This document shows, one piece after another, positions 1 through 12,102 of a stretch of DNA of 64,000 nucleotides. The notes beneath the pieces are model-generated. The model was not told where the DNA came from and made no database searches. It saw only the letters and a list, made by a program, of their open reading frames with translations. The stretch spans positions 744,001-808,000 of the forward strand of contig MU053304.1 in assembly GCA_013239625.1 (NCBI GenBank). The letters run 5' to 3'. The stretch comes from Lama guanicoe (Eukaryota). Each line of letters opens with the position of its first letter. Position 1 is the first letter of the stretch. A program made the translations under genes and the position numbers.

Positions 1-207
1 TGAGCCATCACTCACTTTTTGACCTTTTACGGCCGGTCTCAGAACTGTCATGGCACCTGTGGGAGTGCCATATAGCATGCTAAAGTATTACAGCGAGCCT
101 ATAATGAAGCTCAAGGTCTACTGGGCATTGCATCTTCTGCCATCTTGGTGCTAACTGCTGTGTCATTCTTTTAATGGTTGTGCCCTGCCCTCTTCCTTCC
201 TGCCTCA
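1..207. mobile_element. Probable ERV LTR end, cut by the window edge and inserted in an L1
   Basis: Ends in ...CCTGCCTCA immediately before L1 ORF2 sequence; contains GCCATCTTGG. Family not determined. Confidence 0.45.
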
Positions 208-1868
208 AAAGCAAGCAAAAGGAAGGAAATAATAAAGAGAAGAGTAGGAATCAATGAAAAGGAAAACAGAAAAACAGCAGAGAAAATTGGTGAAACCAAA
301 AGCTGGTTCTTTGAAAAGATTAATCAAATTGTCAAACTTCTAATAAGACTGACAAAGAAAAAGAAGACATAAATTACCTATCAGGAATGAGACAGGAACT
401 ATCACTACAGACCCTGCAGACATCAAAAAAAATAATAGGGATTACTATGAGCATATGTACATAAATTTGACAGCTTAGATAGAAAAACACAAATCATTCC
501 AAGTCTCTCAAATAACTTGAATAATTCTATAACTATTAAGAAAATAAATTCATAATTTAGAAGTTCCCCCCAAAGAAACCTCCAGGCCCCTATGGTTTCA
601 CGGGAGAATTCTATCAAACTTTTAAAAAGAAAGTAACACCAATTCTACACAATATTTTCCAGGAAGCAGAAGAGGAAGGAATACTTCTTAATTCATTTTA
701 TGAAGCTGGTATTACCCTGGTACCAAAACCAGAAAGGATAGTACCTTTATAAAAAGAAAAATAGAGACATATATTCTTTATGAATAAAGATGTAAAAATC
801 TTAAACACTCAAGTTATAAGAAAGTGAAAAAAAATCCTTAACAAAATATTAGCAAATAGAATAGACCAATAGCTTGATATGCTAAGAAAATTATATACAA
901 TGACCAAGTGGGGTTTGTTCCAATGATGCTAGTCTGGTTCAATATTTAAAATTTAATCATTGTAACCCACAAGATTAACAGGCTTATATGAAGAAAAAAA
1001 ATCACATGATCATAGTAATGGATGAAGAAAAAACATGACAAAATTCAAAGCCCATTCATGTCAAAAACTCTCAGAAAAATAGGAATAGAGGTGTACCTGA
1101 AAAAGAACATCTCCAGAAAACCTATAGCTAGCATTATACTTAATGGTGGAAGACTGGATGCTTTCCCTAAGATTGGGAACAAGGGAAGTATTCCTACTCT
1201 GACCATTCTTAGCGCTAGAGGTTCTAGCCAGAGCAATAGGCAAAATAAATAAATAAATAGATAGATAAATAAATAGCATACAGATTGGAAAGGAAGAAAC
1301 AGAACTGTCTCAATCTGCAGATGACATGATTGTCTATGTAGAAAATCCCAAGGAATCAACCCCCCAAAACTCCTAGAACTAAGAAGTGAGTTCAGTAAGG
1401 TCACAGGATATAAGATAAGCATACAAAAAGCAATTTCTATGTACCAGCAATGAACTTAAATTGAGATACTGAAATTAAAATTACAATACAATTTACAATT
1501 GCTTACACACAAAGAAATAAAATAAGAAATACTTAGGTGTAAATCTAACGAAACATATATAAGACTTGTATGCTGAGAACTGCAAAACACTAACAAAAGA
1601 AATCAAATATGATCTAAATAAATGGAAAGACATCACTTGTTCATGAATTAGAAAATCCAACATAGTTAAAAATGTCAATTTTCTCCAAATTCATATATAA
1701 GTTTAATGTAATTTCTATAAAAATCCCAGCAAGATTTTTCTGTAGATAGATACAAGACTATTCTAAAATTTATATGGAAGGGAAAAAGGAACTAGACTAG
1801 CTGAGACAATTTGGAAAAAGAAGAATACAGTGGGAGGAATTAGTCTACCTGATTTCAGGACTTATTAC

Positions 1869-2325
1869 TGTAGACAAAGAATGTTGCCTGAACATTTCAA
1901 TAAACAAAGGATGTTGTGGCCATTAAGCCATCAGCCACTGTAGCCACCCCTGATGGTGCACCATAAGGGGAACTCAGGATGGAAAAAAACCCAGGGTACT
2001 GGCCCTAGGTAGTTAAGATGCATATTAAAGGAATAATTTCAACGAGCACAGACTCCTGTATCTTCCCATACATAGAAAAGCACTAAAATCGTAAACTTGA
2101 CATGTCTGTTTTTTGTGATTGGTAGTAATCTTTTGATGTTCAACTACACTTTTTTCCCCCCTCCAGTAAAAACCCCTGTTATACCCTGGCTCCTCCCTTA
2201 CCTCTTTGGGACAGTTCCTCAGAGCAATCTGAGAGGCCGTGTCCCAGGCTACAGTTCTCAGTAAGGCCCTGGAATAAAACATGACTCTCCACTTTTAGGC
2301 TGTGCATTTCTTTTTCCAGTCAACA
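1869..2325 (+). mobile_element. ERV1-type solo LTR (457 bp) inside the L1
   Basis: TG...CA termini, AATAAA near the 3' end and a near-perfect 4-bp TSD (TTAC/TTAT); homologous to the LTRs at 10719 and 22611. Confidence 0.85.
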
Positions 2326-3480
2326 TTATATCACTGCAGGAATCAGGACTATGTGGTGCTGGCAGAGGGAAAGACGTATAGATCAACCGAACATAGCAGA
2401 CAACCTGGAAACAGACCTACATAAATTGGCCCAGCTGATTTCTGACAACAGTGCAAAAGCAATTCAACAGTCTTTTCAACAAGTGGTGCTGGAGCAACTG
2501 GACGTGCACAGGGGGAAAAAGTGAGCCTTTCTCTAATTCTCATGCCTTGTATAAAAATTAACTCAAAATGGATCATGGACTGAAATGTAAAACTATCAAA
2601 TTGTTAGAAAAAATAGTAGAAAATCTTCAGGATCCACGACGAGGCAAAAGCCTCTTATATTTGACAGTAAAACACCGTCCATAAAAGGAAAAATTTGGTA
2701 AATTGGATGTTTATTGAAATTTTTAAACCTTTTGCTCTCTGAAAGACCTTGTTAAGAGGCCATAAGAAAAGCTACAGATTGGGAGACATATTTGGAAACC
2801 ATATATCTGACAAAGGACTAGAATCTAAACATATAAAATACATAAAGAACTTTCAAAACTCAACAGTAAAAAACCCAAACAATCCAGCTAGAAAACGGGC
2901 AAGAGAGATGAAGAGACATTTCACTGAAGAGGAAATAATAGATGGCAAATAAACACGTGAAAATGTCTGACATCACTAGCCATTAGGAAAATGCAAATTA
3001 AAACCACAATGGGTCACTTCACACCTATTAGAACAGCTAAGTTAAAAAATGGTAACAAAGTCAAATGTTGGTGAGGGTGCAGGGAAACTCAATCACTCAT
3101 CTATTGCTCGTGGGAACACAAAACTGGTACAGCCACTGGGAAAGTTTGGCAGTTTCTTAAAAACCTAAACGTGCAACTACATATGACTCAGAAATTATGC
3201 TTTTGGGCATTTACCCCAGAGAAATGGAAACTTATTGTCACATAACAATCGGTATATGAATGTTTATTACAGCTTTTATTTGTAATAACCCAAAATTGGG
3301 AAAAACAGATGTCTGTCCACAGGCAAATGTTAAACTAAACAGTCTGTGGTCCAGCCACACCACGAAGTATTGACACACATGTACCTGGATGAATCTCCCG
3401 TGAAACGTGTGAAAAAAGCCAGTCCTCAGTGGTTATATACTATAGGATTCCATTTATATGACATAATTTTTTTAATTAAC

Positions 3481-3602
3481 TTTTTTGGAGGGAGGCAATT
3501 AGGTTTATTTTTATTTATTTATTTAATGGAGATACTGGGACTCGAACCCAGGACCTCATGCATGCTAAGTGTATGCTCTACCACTGAGCTATACCCTCCC
3601 CT
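3481..3602 (-). mobile_element. tRNA-Ala-derived SINE (vic-1 type)
   Basis: Reverse complement reads GGGTATAGCTCAGTGGTAGAGCA...GGTTCGAGTCCC, followed by a (TAAA)-rich tail with CCTAATT. Confidence 0.85.
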
Positions 3603-6600
3603 CCATGTGGCATTCTTGAAATAACAAAACTATGGAAATGGAGAACAGATTGGTGGTTGCCAGGGGATAACGAAGAAATGGGGGTGTGGCTATAAAAGGG
3701 ATCCTGTACTAATGGAATCTTCTGGCTCTTGCTAATATCCTGGTTGTGGTGTTTGTACTATAGTTTTACAAGAGGATGGAATTGAGTAAAGGGTAGGTAG
3801 GATTTTTCTGTATTATTTCTTACAAATGCATGTGAATCGACAATTATCTCAAAATAAAAAGGTTTTAAATATACAAAAAGAGAGGAGTTAGAAACAAAAT
3901 AATCGTATTTATGAGACGTTCCAAGCCCGTGTATAATCCAGTTGTCGGCTGAGCGACGTACATGGTAATGGGGAACCTGTGGTCTCTCTCCCACTCCCTG
4001 CCAGGATTTCAGAGACCACACTTTCTTTTGCAGATTAAATTATAAAGATCAATACAAAACAAACCAGACCTTCACCTGACTGAGGTAGAAACTAAGGAAC
4101 ATGTGAAGGGAGTGGCCTGAGGAGGGCCCTGGAGGAGCTGGCAGGTCCAGCGCATCCAGGCTCACGTGGACAGGTGCCGTGTGCCTAGGTGACAATGGTC
4201 CCTGAGATCATCCAACCAGTCCTTCCTGATTCCTTGCCCACTCAACCACATGTGATTTGATTCCTCTAAACTTGTCAACAGGAAGAGAGAGCTCTATTCT
4301 GTAAACAGAAGTACTGTGTCCTTATTTTCAACTTAATTTCTATTCATTTTGGAGGCTCCAATCTTTCAGGAACTTCATTTATTTTAGTTAGTTTCCTAGG
4401 GGTCCAAAGGCCCAGATTCCGGTGAGGATGCCCCTGGGTAGGGCTGTTCTAGGGCTCAGCCCCATCTCTCCAGGCTCTTGTCAGCACACAGACAGCATCC
4501 TCTGCCACCACTAACCACTGTCGCCGCAGGATGGGCTGCCTTAGAAAGATGGGATCTGACTTATTCTTGGTGGCCCCTCAAAGCGGGTGAGAAGCAGCAG
4601 ACAGAGAGGCAGCTCCAGACGGACCCGGAGCCTTTCCGAATGCTCAGCGCCGTCTCACCCGCGCAGGGGCTGCTGAGGGGATACTGCCAATTCAGCTTAC
4701 ATTTGAGAGCATTGATTGGATGCCTTCTAATCACAGAACCACTGAGGAACACAACTGACATTTCCGTAGCACTTTACATCTCACAATGACTCCCTGTGGT
4801 CCCTTTCCGTATACCTATCTTGTCAGATGTGGGACCTGAGCTGGAGACAAGTGCCAAGTCCGCAGGGATAGCCTGGCCCTGAGGCAGGAGTCTCAACTTG
4901 AAGCTTGGGGCAGCCCCCTCTGTCCAGCTCTTTGTGACTCAGCCACTTGGAGCCCTATAGAGAAGCCTGTTTCTCAGGAGCCACAGGCTGGACCATCCAG
5001 ATCATCTGAGGCCCGAGGACCCTTACTGCCTGGTTGGGATGAGCTCAACGGGGCAGAGAGAGTGGAGAGGAGGCCCCGGCAGCTTCTAGAGTTCACTGTC
5101 TCGTCCTCTCTCCTCCAGTCCTGCCTAATCACAAACGGAGGATGCACTCTCATCCTACCTGGAACACCAGGTTCATGGTCAATCCTGCCTCTAGTCCTGG
5201 CTCACTCTCCATGCAAGGGTTGCTGCCTTTTCCTCCTGCTGCTTCACCTGAGTTGGCAGCTCTGCCAAGAGCGAGTGTACCCACCATCCTGAAATTTCAC
5301 TCGGGGTTCCTTAAAGGTAATGCTATCTGTAAGGCCCTTCCTGAGGTCAGCTCTGGGACAGCCAGGTAAGATTTGTACTGCTGCCTTGGCTTAGAGTTTG
5401 GCTTATAAAATACCAACATCTTAGTGATCAAATCGTGTGTACATTATATGATTATTTTAGGAAAATGACTGCTCTTTGTGAACAAAAGCATCGGGCTCTG
5501 TGAGTCTGGTCAGAGTGAGCAGCCCAGAGCCCTGGGCCGTGGAGTAGTGTTTCATCTCTTTTCTAGGGAACCAAGCCTTGGGGGCACCAGCTGGAAATGG
5601 GCTTATGAATCACAGTTTCACAGAGGTATTGGTGATACACCACGTCCCTGCCAGGATGAAACATGAAACAAGTGTCCACATTCCATTTCAATGAAGAATA
5701 AAAGGTCAACGATTAACCTCAGTCAATGCTAGCAGAAGTATCTCCTTACTCGGAACAACAAGTACATATGTAAGTTACAAGTACATATGTAAGTTACAAG
5801 TTACTCAAATTCACTGACATATTTATTCATTTTTTAAAAAATTTAAAGCAAGTTGAAGCTGTTTTTTATTAGAAGAAATTCATAGTTAAAGAACTTCATG
5901 GATAATTCATGGATAAATTCATGGATAGTTGATAACCTCCAAAAACACAGGACAGTTTCTACATTTGGTCCCTAATATATACAACCCTGTAATAAAAGTT
6001 AAGTCAAGTCACAGTGTAATTTACTAGTGTGGGGCCAGAGAGAGAACCAGTCCACTTGCTCACCACCTGGAGCATTTGCTGCTTCTGCCACAGTTCCTCT
6101 GCTGGCAACATTGGTGGTGTTTTCAGGAATATTATGCTAATATAAGATGCATAAATGTAAATCATGATTAAATCGATAGTTCTTGGTTAAAAACGTTTTG
6201 TACTGAGGCTCTGATAAGACGAGATTCGTATCAGTGCCCCTGTTTCTCCATCCAGCAAACACAAGTATCGTGCTGCCTCCTTTAAAATCATGACTTACCT
6301 ACGGAGGAAATTGCTTAAGGTCTCTGATTTTGAAAAGCTGTATACAGTACAGACAACCACAAGTAAGAAACACTGATATTAGCGAAAAGGAAATGGGGGC
6401 ATCGTTACAACTCATGAAGTGTAAAGAGTACAAGTAAAATGAGCTGTACTAGATGAGCTGGAAAGTGCAATTTAACAGAGAGAAGCAGGAGCTTAATTCA
6501 ATACTTTTCAATCTGTTTCCAGCGACCCTTGGGAAACTATATGCAGAGGGAGATTTGGGAAGGCAGAGGAAACCACTAGATGCGGTGGGAAATGTAAGGA

Positions 6601-8719
6601 GAGAGCCTATAAAAATGATGTCTGCTGATAGGAGGGCACTGGGTCCACTTTTTCAGTTGGTGCCAAGTGGTTTAAAATGACTGAGGATGTATAAGAACTT
6701 TATGAAATGGGCAAACCTAGGAGGCATTCAATGATACTTACAGCTTCAGCCTTCTCGCTGGGAGAGAGGCAACTGCTTTCCACTGGTTTCACCCCAATTT
6801 AAGTGGAAGAATTTTACTCGCCTCACTCAAGTGTGAACAGTCGAACATGGTGACACCCTGGTACACAACTGCACAACACGCCGTGGAAAAACAGCACCAG
6901 CCACGTTGTAGCTTCTCCGAGCTGCCTGGTGCATTCCAAATGAAACATATTTTGCAATCTACTCTGTGAGCTAAGCAGGTGATGGACAGGGAAATGCTTC
7001 AAGAATAAATGCCTCATTAGGGTGTTTTTAAATACCATTGTTGGGAAGAATTTTACTAAAATTACTGGTCTTTATGTACTTTAGCAGAATGTATCAGATT
7101 ACTAAAGGGAGAGCCCAGGGATAACTGATTACTTCAAGAAATTAAGAATGCCTCATAAAAAAGGCACTTGAGCTGAGATGAATTTAGATGTTCTAATACG
7201 AAGCTTCCCCATAGCGGCTCGGTGATCTTATGACACTACAAGATTCTTAACTGGAGGCTTTAGATACATAATACTCCAGACAAACCAGATTCTAAGCAAT
7301 TGGCCTGAAAGCAAAACTAAGGTTGACCACTAAATGCATTTGAAAACTCAGATTCCTACAGATATAATGCCGAGAGCAGAATGTATTCAAGTGGTTTTAC
7401 ATATGACAAGTGAGGGTATCAAGTGTGTTTTCCACTTGAAATAATTACAAGACTTCTACCAGCAGGTTAAATTTGAGACACTGTCTCAGAACACTGAAGT
7501 GGAAATCTCACTCTTTGTAAAAATAAGGGAAAAACACTCCACATGGGAGAGAAAGGCTGAGCCAAGGTGACCAGGCAGGCAATGTAATCAACATATTTCC
7601 CCTAGTGGAACAGACCCTTTTCATTCTTGTAGCTTTCTCTGAGTGTGCGCCAGGACTGTGGGTGGAAGCAGTTTCTAAATCCTTGAGGACCCATCATGAT
7701 GTTGAGTTGTTCTAGGCAGCCACTTCCCCATCCACAAAATGACATTCTTGGGCTAATGACAGCTGGTTTAATAACCAGCCCAGTTCATTAACCACGGGAG
7801 AGAAACCTGACAAACCCCAACACCCTTTATTTCCTGATTCTTCTAATCCATTGTTTCAGCTGCTCAATTTCCTTGCTTAAACTTCCTGTGAAGCCCTAGT
7901 GAACACAGCAAGATCTGTGGAGATGATGGCAGTGATGCTCTGTGAGAAGCTGTGTTATCAAAATAGGTAATACACAGAATCCCAGGAGACCTGGAGGCTC
8001 AACAGGATCGGAAGAGAAAGACAGTAGAAAGCTTATGGGTGACAGAGGGAGGAAGCCAACATCATAGCAGCGTCCAGACACCACGCCTCATACAGACAGG
8101 TAACCCGAGTCGTGGTTCCCTCTAAACAGGGGTCACTGAGTGTGCTCAGGAGATGGGGGAGGGGCGGCACTCAGTGGAGACCCAGGGACCCTGGAGTGAG
8201 TACGGGTGGCTAGCTGACCAGCCAGAAACCGCCACTGCAGAACTGGAAACACGCCCCCAACACAGTGAAGGTATGTTCTTACACATCAGCAAGAATGTCA
8301 TGAGCAAAACCCATTATTCACTTTAAACCACATATGTTCTGAAATCATGTTTGGATGAACGTCAAAGTCCTCATAGAATCTAGATGAAGGAGATTTGAAA
8401 AGTAAGGATTTGTCAGTGTTTCTCAAACTCCCTGGAGGCATGGGGTACATATGGGGAGTGTTGGTTAGGAATCTGAATTTGGTTTCTCAGGAAAAACCTC
8501 ACAGGCTGGCTGTCACCGAAGTCTGCGCTGGGAACAGCCTCCCTCCCCTCCTTTTACTCACTGAGGGTGTCCAAGTTCTCTGCCCCCTGCTACCCACCCC
8601 CAGCCCCATCCTGGCCACCCACGGCCTCAGCTCCCGCTCTGGCCAGACGAGACACAGGGAACCTCTGCTCTAGCAGACTTTCCAATGCATTAGTCTGGTC
8701 TGCCTCTAGATCACCATGA

Positions 8720-8910
8720 CAATGTCAAAACCGGCTAACATGCACTTCCCGGGGATTATTTCATTCAGTCCTCACAACCGCCTGATGAAACGGATATTTA
8801 CAGTCTTACTTACTGAGAACACTGAGGCCTAGAGTGAACAGTTAACCAACTCGCCCAAGGCCACACAGCAGGACTCAAACCCGGGCATTCTGATTACTGA
8901 ACCACTTTTT
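8720..8910 (-). mobile_element. MIR SINE
   Basis: Core similarity (tcctcacaacc...gaacactgaggc...cccaaggccacacagc...ggactcaaaccc). Confidence 0.65.
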
Positions 8911-9655
8911 CTGTATTTAGACACTGTTTAAACATTCAGCAAGTATTTGTCATTTCCAGGGTCTGTGGGGGCTGCAAGAGGGGCTTCTGTGCTTGGCCAC
9001 ATCTGTTCCCTGTCACCGTGGACTTGGAATGAGGACAAGGACAGCACATTTGAGCAAATGCACACAAGAGAGGAGACAAGAATGTGATCCAAGACCCCAG
9101 TGAGCTGCAGTCATATGCTGTGCATGTCTCACTGCCCATCCTTCCCTGCATTTTTTCTGGATTAGATTTATTCCACATAGAAGGAGCGAGTGGGTACTAT
9201 ATGGACACAAAGGGAGGAATGGAAACTCTCATTTTGTGTGTGTCCATTATGTGCCACAGATTGACTCACTGATCTCACAACAATTCTGTAATAATTATTT
9301 ATCCTTATTTTTATAGATGAAGAAACAAAGTTAGTAACGTGAAAGAAAACATAAAATTTGACTGGGGGTCTCATTGAGTGGGGTTTTGAATACCACCATC
9401 AGCAGTGTAACTTTATTAGCTGACAGGAAGCATGAAAATATTTTTAAGAGGGGATCAAGTGAAAGTGTAAATGGGTTCAGCCACTTGAGAGCAATTTGGC
9501 AGAATCTAGCAAAGACGAGACCCTCTACAGCAGTGAAGTGGATGAACTAGGGAGCACGTACTGTAGGAATAAATCTCTAACACGTGATATTGAATCAAAA
9601 AAGCAAGTTGGTAAGTGATTCATAGAGTATTAGTCCATTTATGTAAGATTGAAAC

Positions 9656-11157
9656 TGTGAACGAAAAATATTGCCAGATGTATCAGTAAAACAGCATGGT
9701 TAAAGATTTGATTACAATGCAATTGACAAGGAACTTGGATATTTCTATGACATAACAACATTTTAAGATAATAATGAGAATTATGACTGATACCAGGACA
9801 TATCAGATTTTTAGGAATTTCATACAAATTTTGGAATATCTATATTAATGTTTATATTATATTATATATTAATATAATAATTAATATTAATGTTCCATCT
9901 CTAATTAACTAATTGTTTCATCTCTAATCACAAGTAATTTAACATACTAAATAAGTCTAATTAGTTTAACATTCCTCTCTGAGATGTCTCAGGGTTCCTT
10001 TGAAGCAAGCATCCCAGAGTTAGCTGGAGGTTAAGAACTTTAGTTAGAATTTGATATTTGGGAAGCGTTAAAATATTAAAAATTTTAAAACAATGAGGTC
10101 ACTGTAAAACAATACTTATTTACTCAACCAAAGTGATAATGGTTTCAAAAACAGATACAAATCACAAAACTCACATAATCTGTTATCAAAAATAGCACTC
10201 CAAGGGACTTCGCTCTCTTAACACAGAGACTCAAAACCCAGGGGGGAGTATAGCCCAGTGGTACAGCACATGCCTAGCACGTGTGAGGTCCTGGGTTTAA
10301 TCCCCAATTATCTCCATTAAAACAAACAAACAAACAAACATAATTACCCCTCCTCAAACAAATAAACAACAACAAAAAAAACCCCAGTCTTGTACCAGCT
10401 TACTTTTAATAACAAAATCCATTTACTCATTTAAAATAAATCTAAGTTTAGTCGACTCTCACTGTACACAAAACTCTTTTCTCAGGATTCCTTCTCCACA
10501 AACCTTCCATCACTTTCTGTATCCATATAATTTTATCACTTAATTCTCCCTCTAGAAATAATCAACTCTAGGTAACAAAATGCAATTCCATCATTTATAC
10601 TTTCTTTGGCTGAAAAGAGACATCCTATTTTCCTGCCGTATACCAAAATGGTCATGACAAAATTGGTCATGAAATGTCTCCCAATATATTGGTAGTATGT
10701 AGGACCAAGGTTAAGCACTGTGAATAAAAAATATTGCCAGCCATGTCAGTAAACAAAGAATGCTGTGGCCATCAAGTCATCAGCTTCTGCAGCCACCCCC
10801 AACCGTGCGCCCTTAGGGGACTCATGAAATGGAAGAACAGGATACTGACCTTGGATGGTTAAGGTGCAGATCGAAGGAAAAATTTCAGTGAGCCCAGACC
10901 TTTGCACCTTACCACACACAGAAAAGTGCTAAATTCCTTAACTCGAGATATCTAGTTTTTTTTAAATTAATCTTTTGATGTTCTCACTAGCTGGTCTTTG
11001 TTGCAAAAACTCATATATTCTGGCTTCTACCTTGCCACTTTGGAACATCCTCTTAGAGCAATCTGAGGTGCTGTATCCTGGGATCAAGTCCTAAGGAAAT
11101 CTGCCAAATAAAACATAACTCTCAACTTTTAGGTTGTGCATTTTATTTCAGTTGACA
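9656..11157 (+). mobile_element. Rearranged, deleted ERV1-type provirus: 5' LTR stub, inverted internal segment, complete 3' LTR (10719-11157)
   Basis: AAAC TSD at 9652-9655 and 11158-11161. The LTR start TGTGAA..AAAAATATTGCCAG occurs at both 9656 and 10719. Internal 9696-10430 is the reverse complement of about 21100-21680. Confidence 0.8.
10241..10382 (+). mobile_element. vic-1-type SINE inserted in the ERV internal region
   Basis: tRNA-like head, (CAAA)n tail and approximate AAAACCC(C)AG flanking repeat. Confidence 0.8.
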
Positions 11158-11599
11158 AAACCCATAAAAACAACAGTGTGTATTATTAATGGAAACATAA
11201 TAATATTACAGAAGCACAGAATGCTCTGTGGAATTTTATACACCAACTTCAGGATGGTGGTTAATTCTGGGGAAGGTGGGAGGGGAGATGAAGGGATAGA
11301 TCCAAAGCCGTCTGTTATATTATTTTCTGTACTTTCTGGAAAGTTTACAATGTCCCCCAATTTAAAAATTAAGTGATCATGTCCCTGCATGATCCAAGCT
11401 CTGCTTTGGGAAGATGGTCTGGTGGCCACGTGTAGGGCAGGCTGAGAAGGGAAGAGACTGAGGCTTAAGCCAGGATGTGGATCAGAAAAGGAAATGAAGG
11501 GGAAGATGAAAGTGATTTTCAGGATGAGCCACAGTGACTGGAGGATGATGAGAAAGTCTGAGGGAGAAGGAACAATCACGAGTCACTTAGCTGTTTAAA

Positions 11600-12102
11600 G
11601 AGTATGGGTGCCTGATATAAAAGCAAAAGAAAACAAATGGGACCTAATAAAACTCACAAGCTTTTGCACAGCAAAGGAAACTATAAGCAAAACAAAAAGA
11701 CAACCTACGGAATGGGAGAAAATATTTACAAAAGATGAGACAGATAAGGGCTTAATTCCAGAATATATAAACAGCTCATACAACTTAATAAGAAAAAAAC
11801 AAACAACCCAATCCAAAAGTGGGCAGAAGACCTAAATAAGCAATTCTCCAATGAAGACATACAAATGGCCAATAGGCATGTGAAAAAATGCTCAATATCG
11901 CTAATTATCAGAGAAATGCAAATCAAAACTACAATGAGGTATCACCTCACACCAGTCAGAATGGCCATCATTCAAAAGTTCACAAATGACAAATGCCGGA
12001 GAGGCTGTGGAGAAAAGGGAGCCCTCCTACGCTGCTGGTGGGAATGCAGGTTGGTGCAGCTGTTATGGAAAATAGAAAGGAGATCCCTCAAAGGACCATA
12101 TG
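11600..12102 (+). mobile_element. Young L1 ORF2 internal fragment (C-terminal region)
   Basis: Peptides [17 protein letters not shown]...WEKIF and [32 protein letters not shown]; highly similar to the L1 at 43385. Confidence 0.9.

Larger units (their letters stand above)
208..3870 (+). mobile_element. Degenerate L1 (L1MC-like): ORF2 remnant and 3' UTR, interrupted by an LTR and a SINE
   Basis: ORF2-like peptides (KSWFFEKIN; ADDMIVYVENP near 1316-1350; IFGNHISDKGL) with many stops and frameshifts; 3' end caattatctcaaaataaaaagg. Confidence 0.9.
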
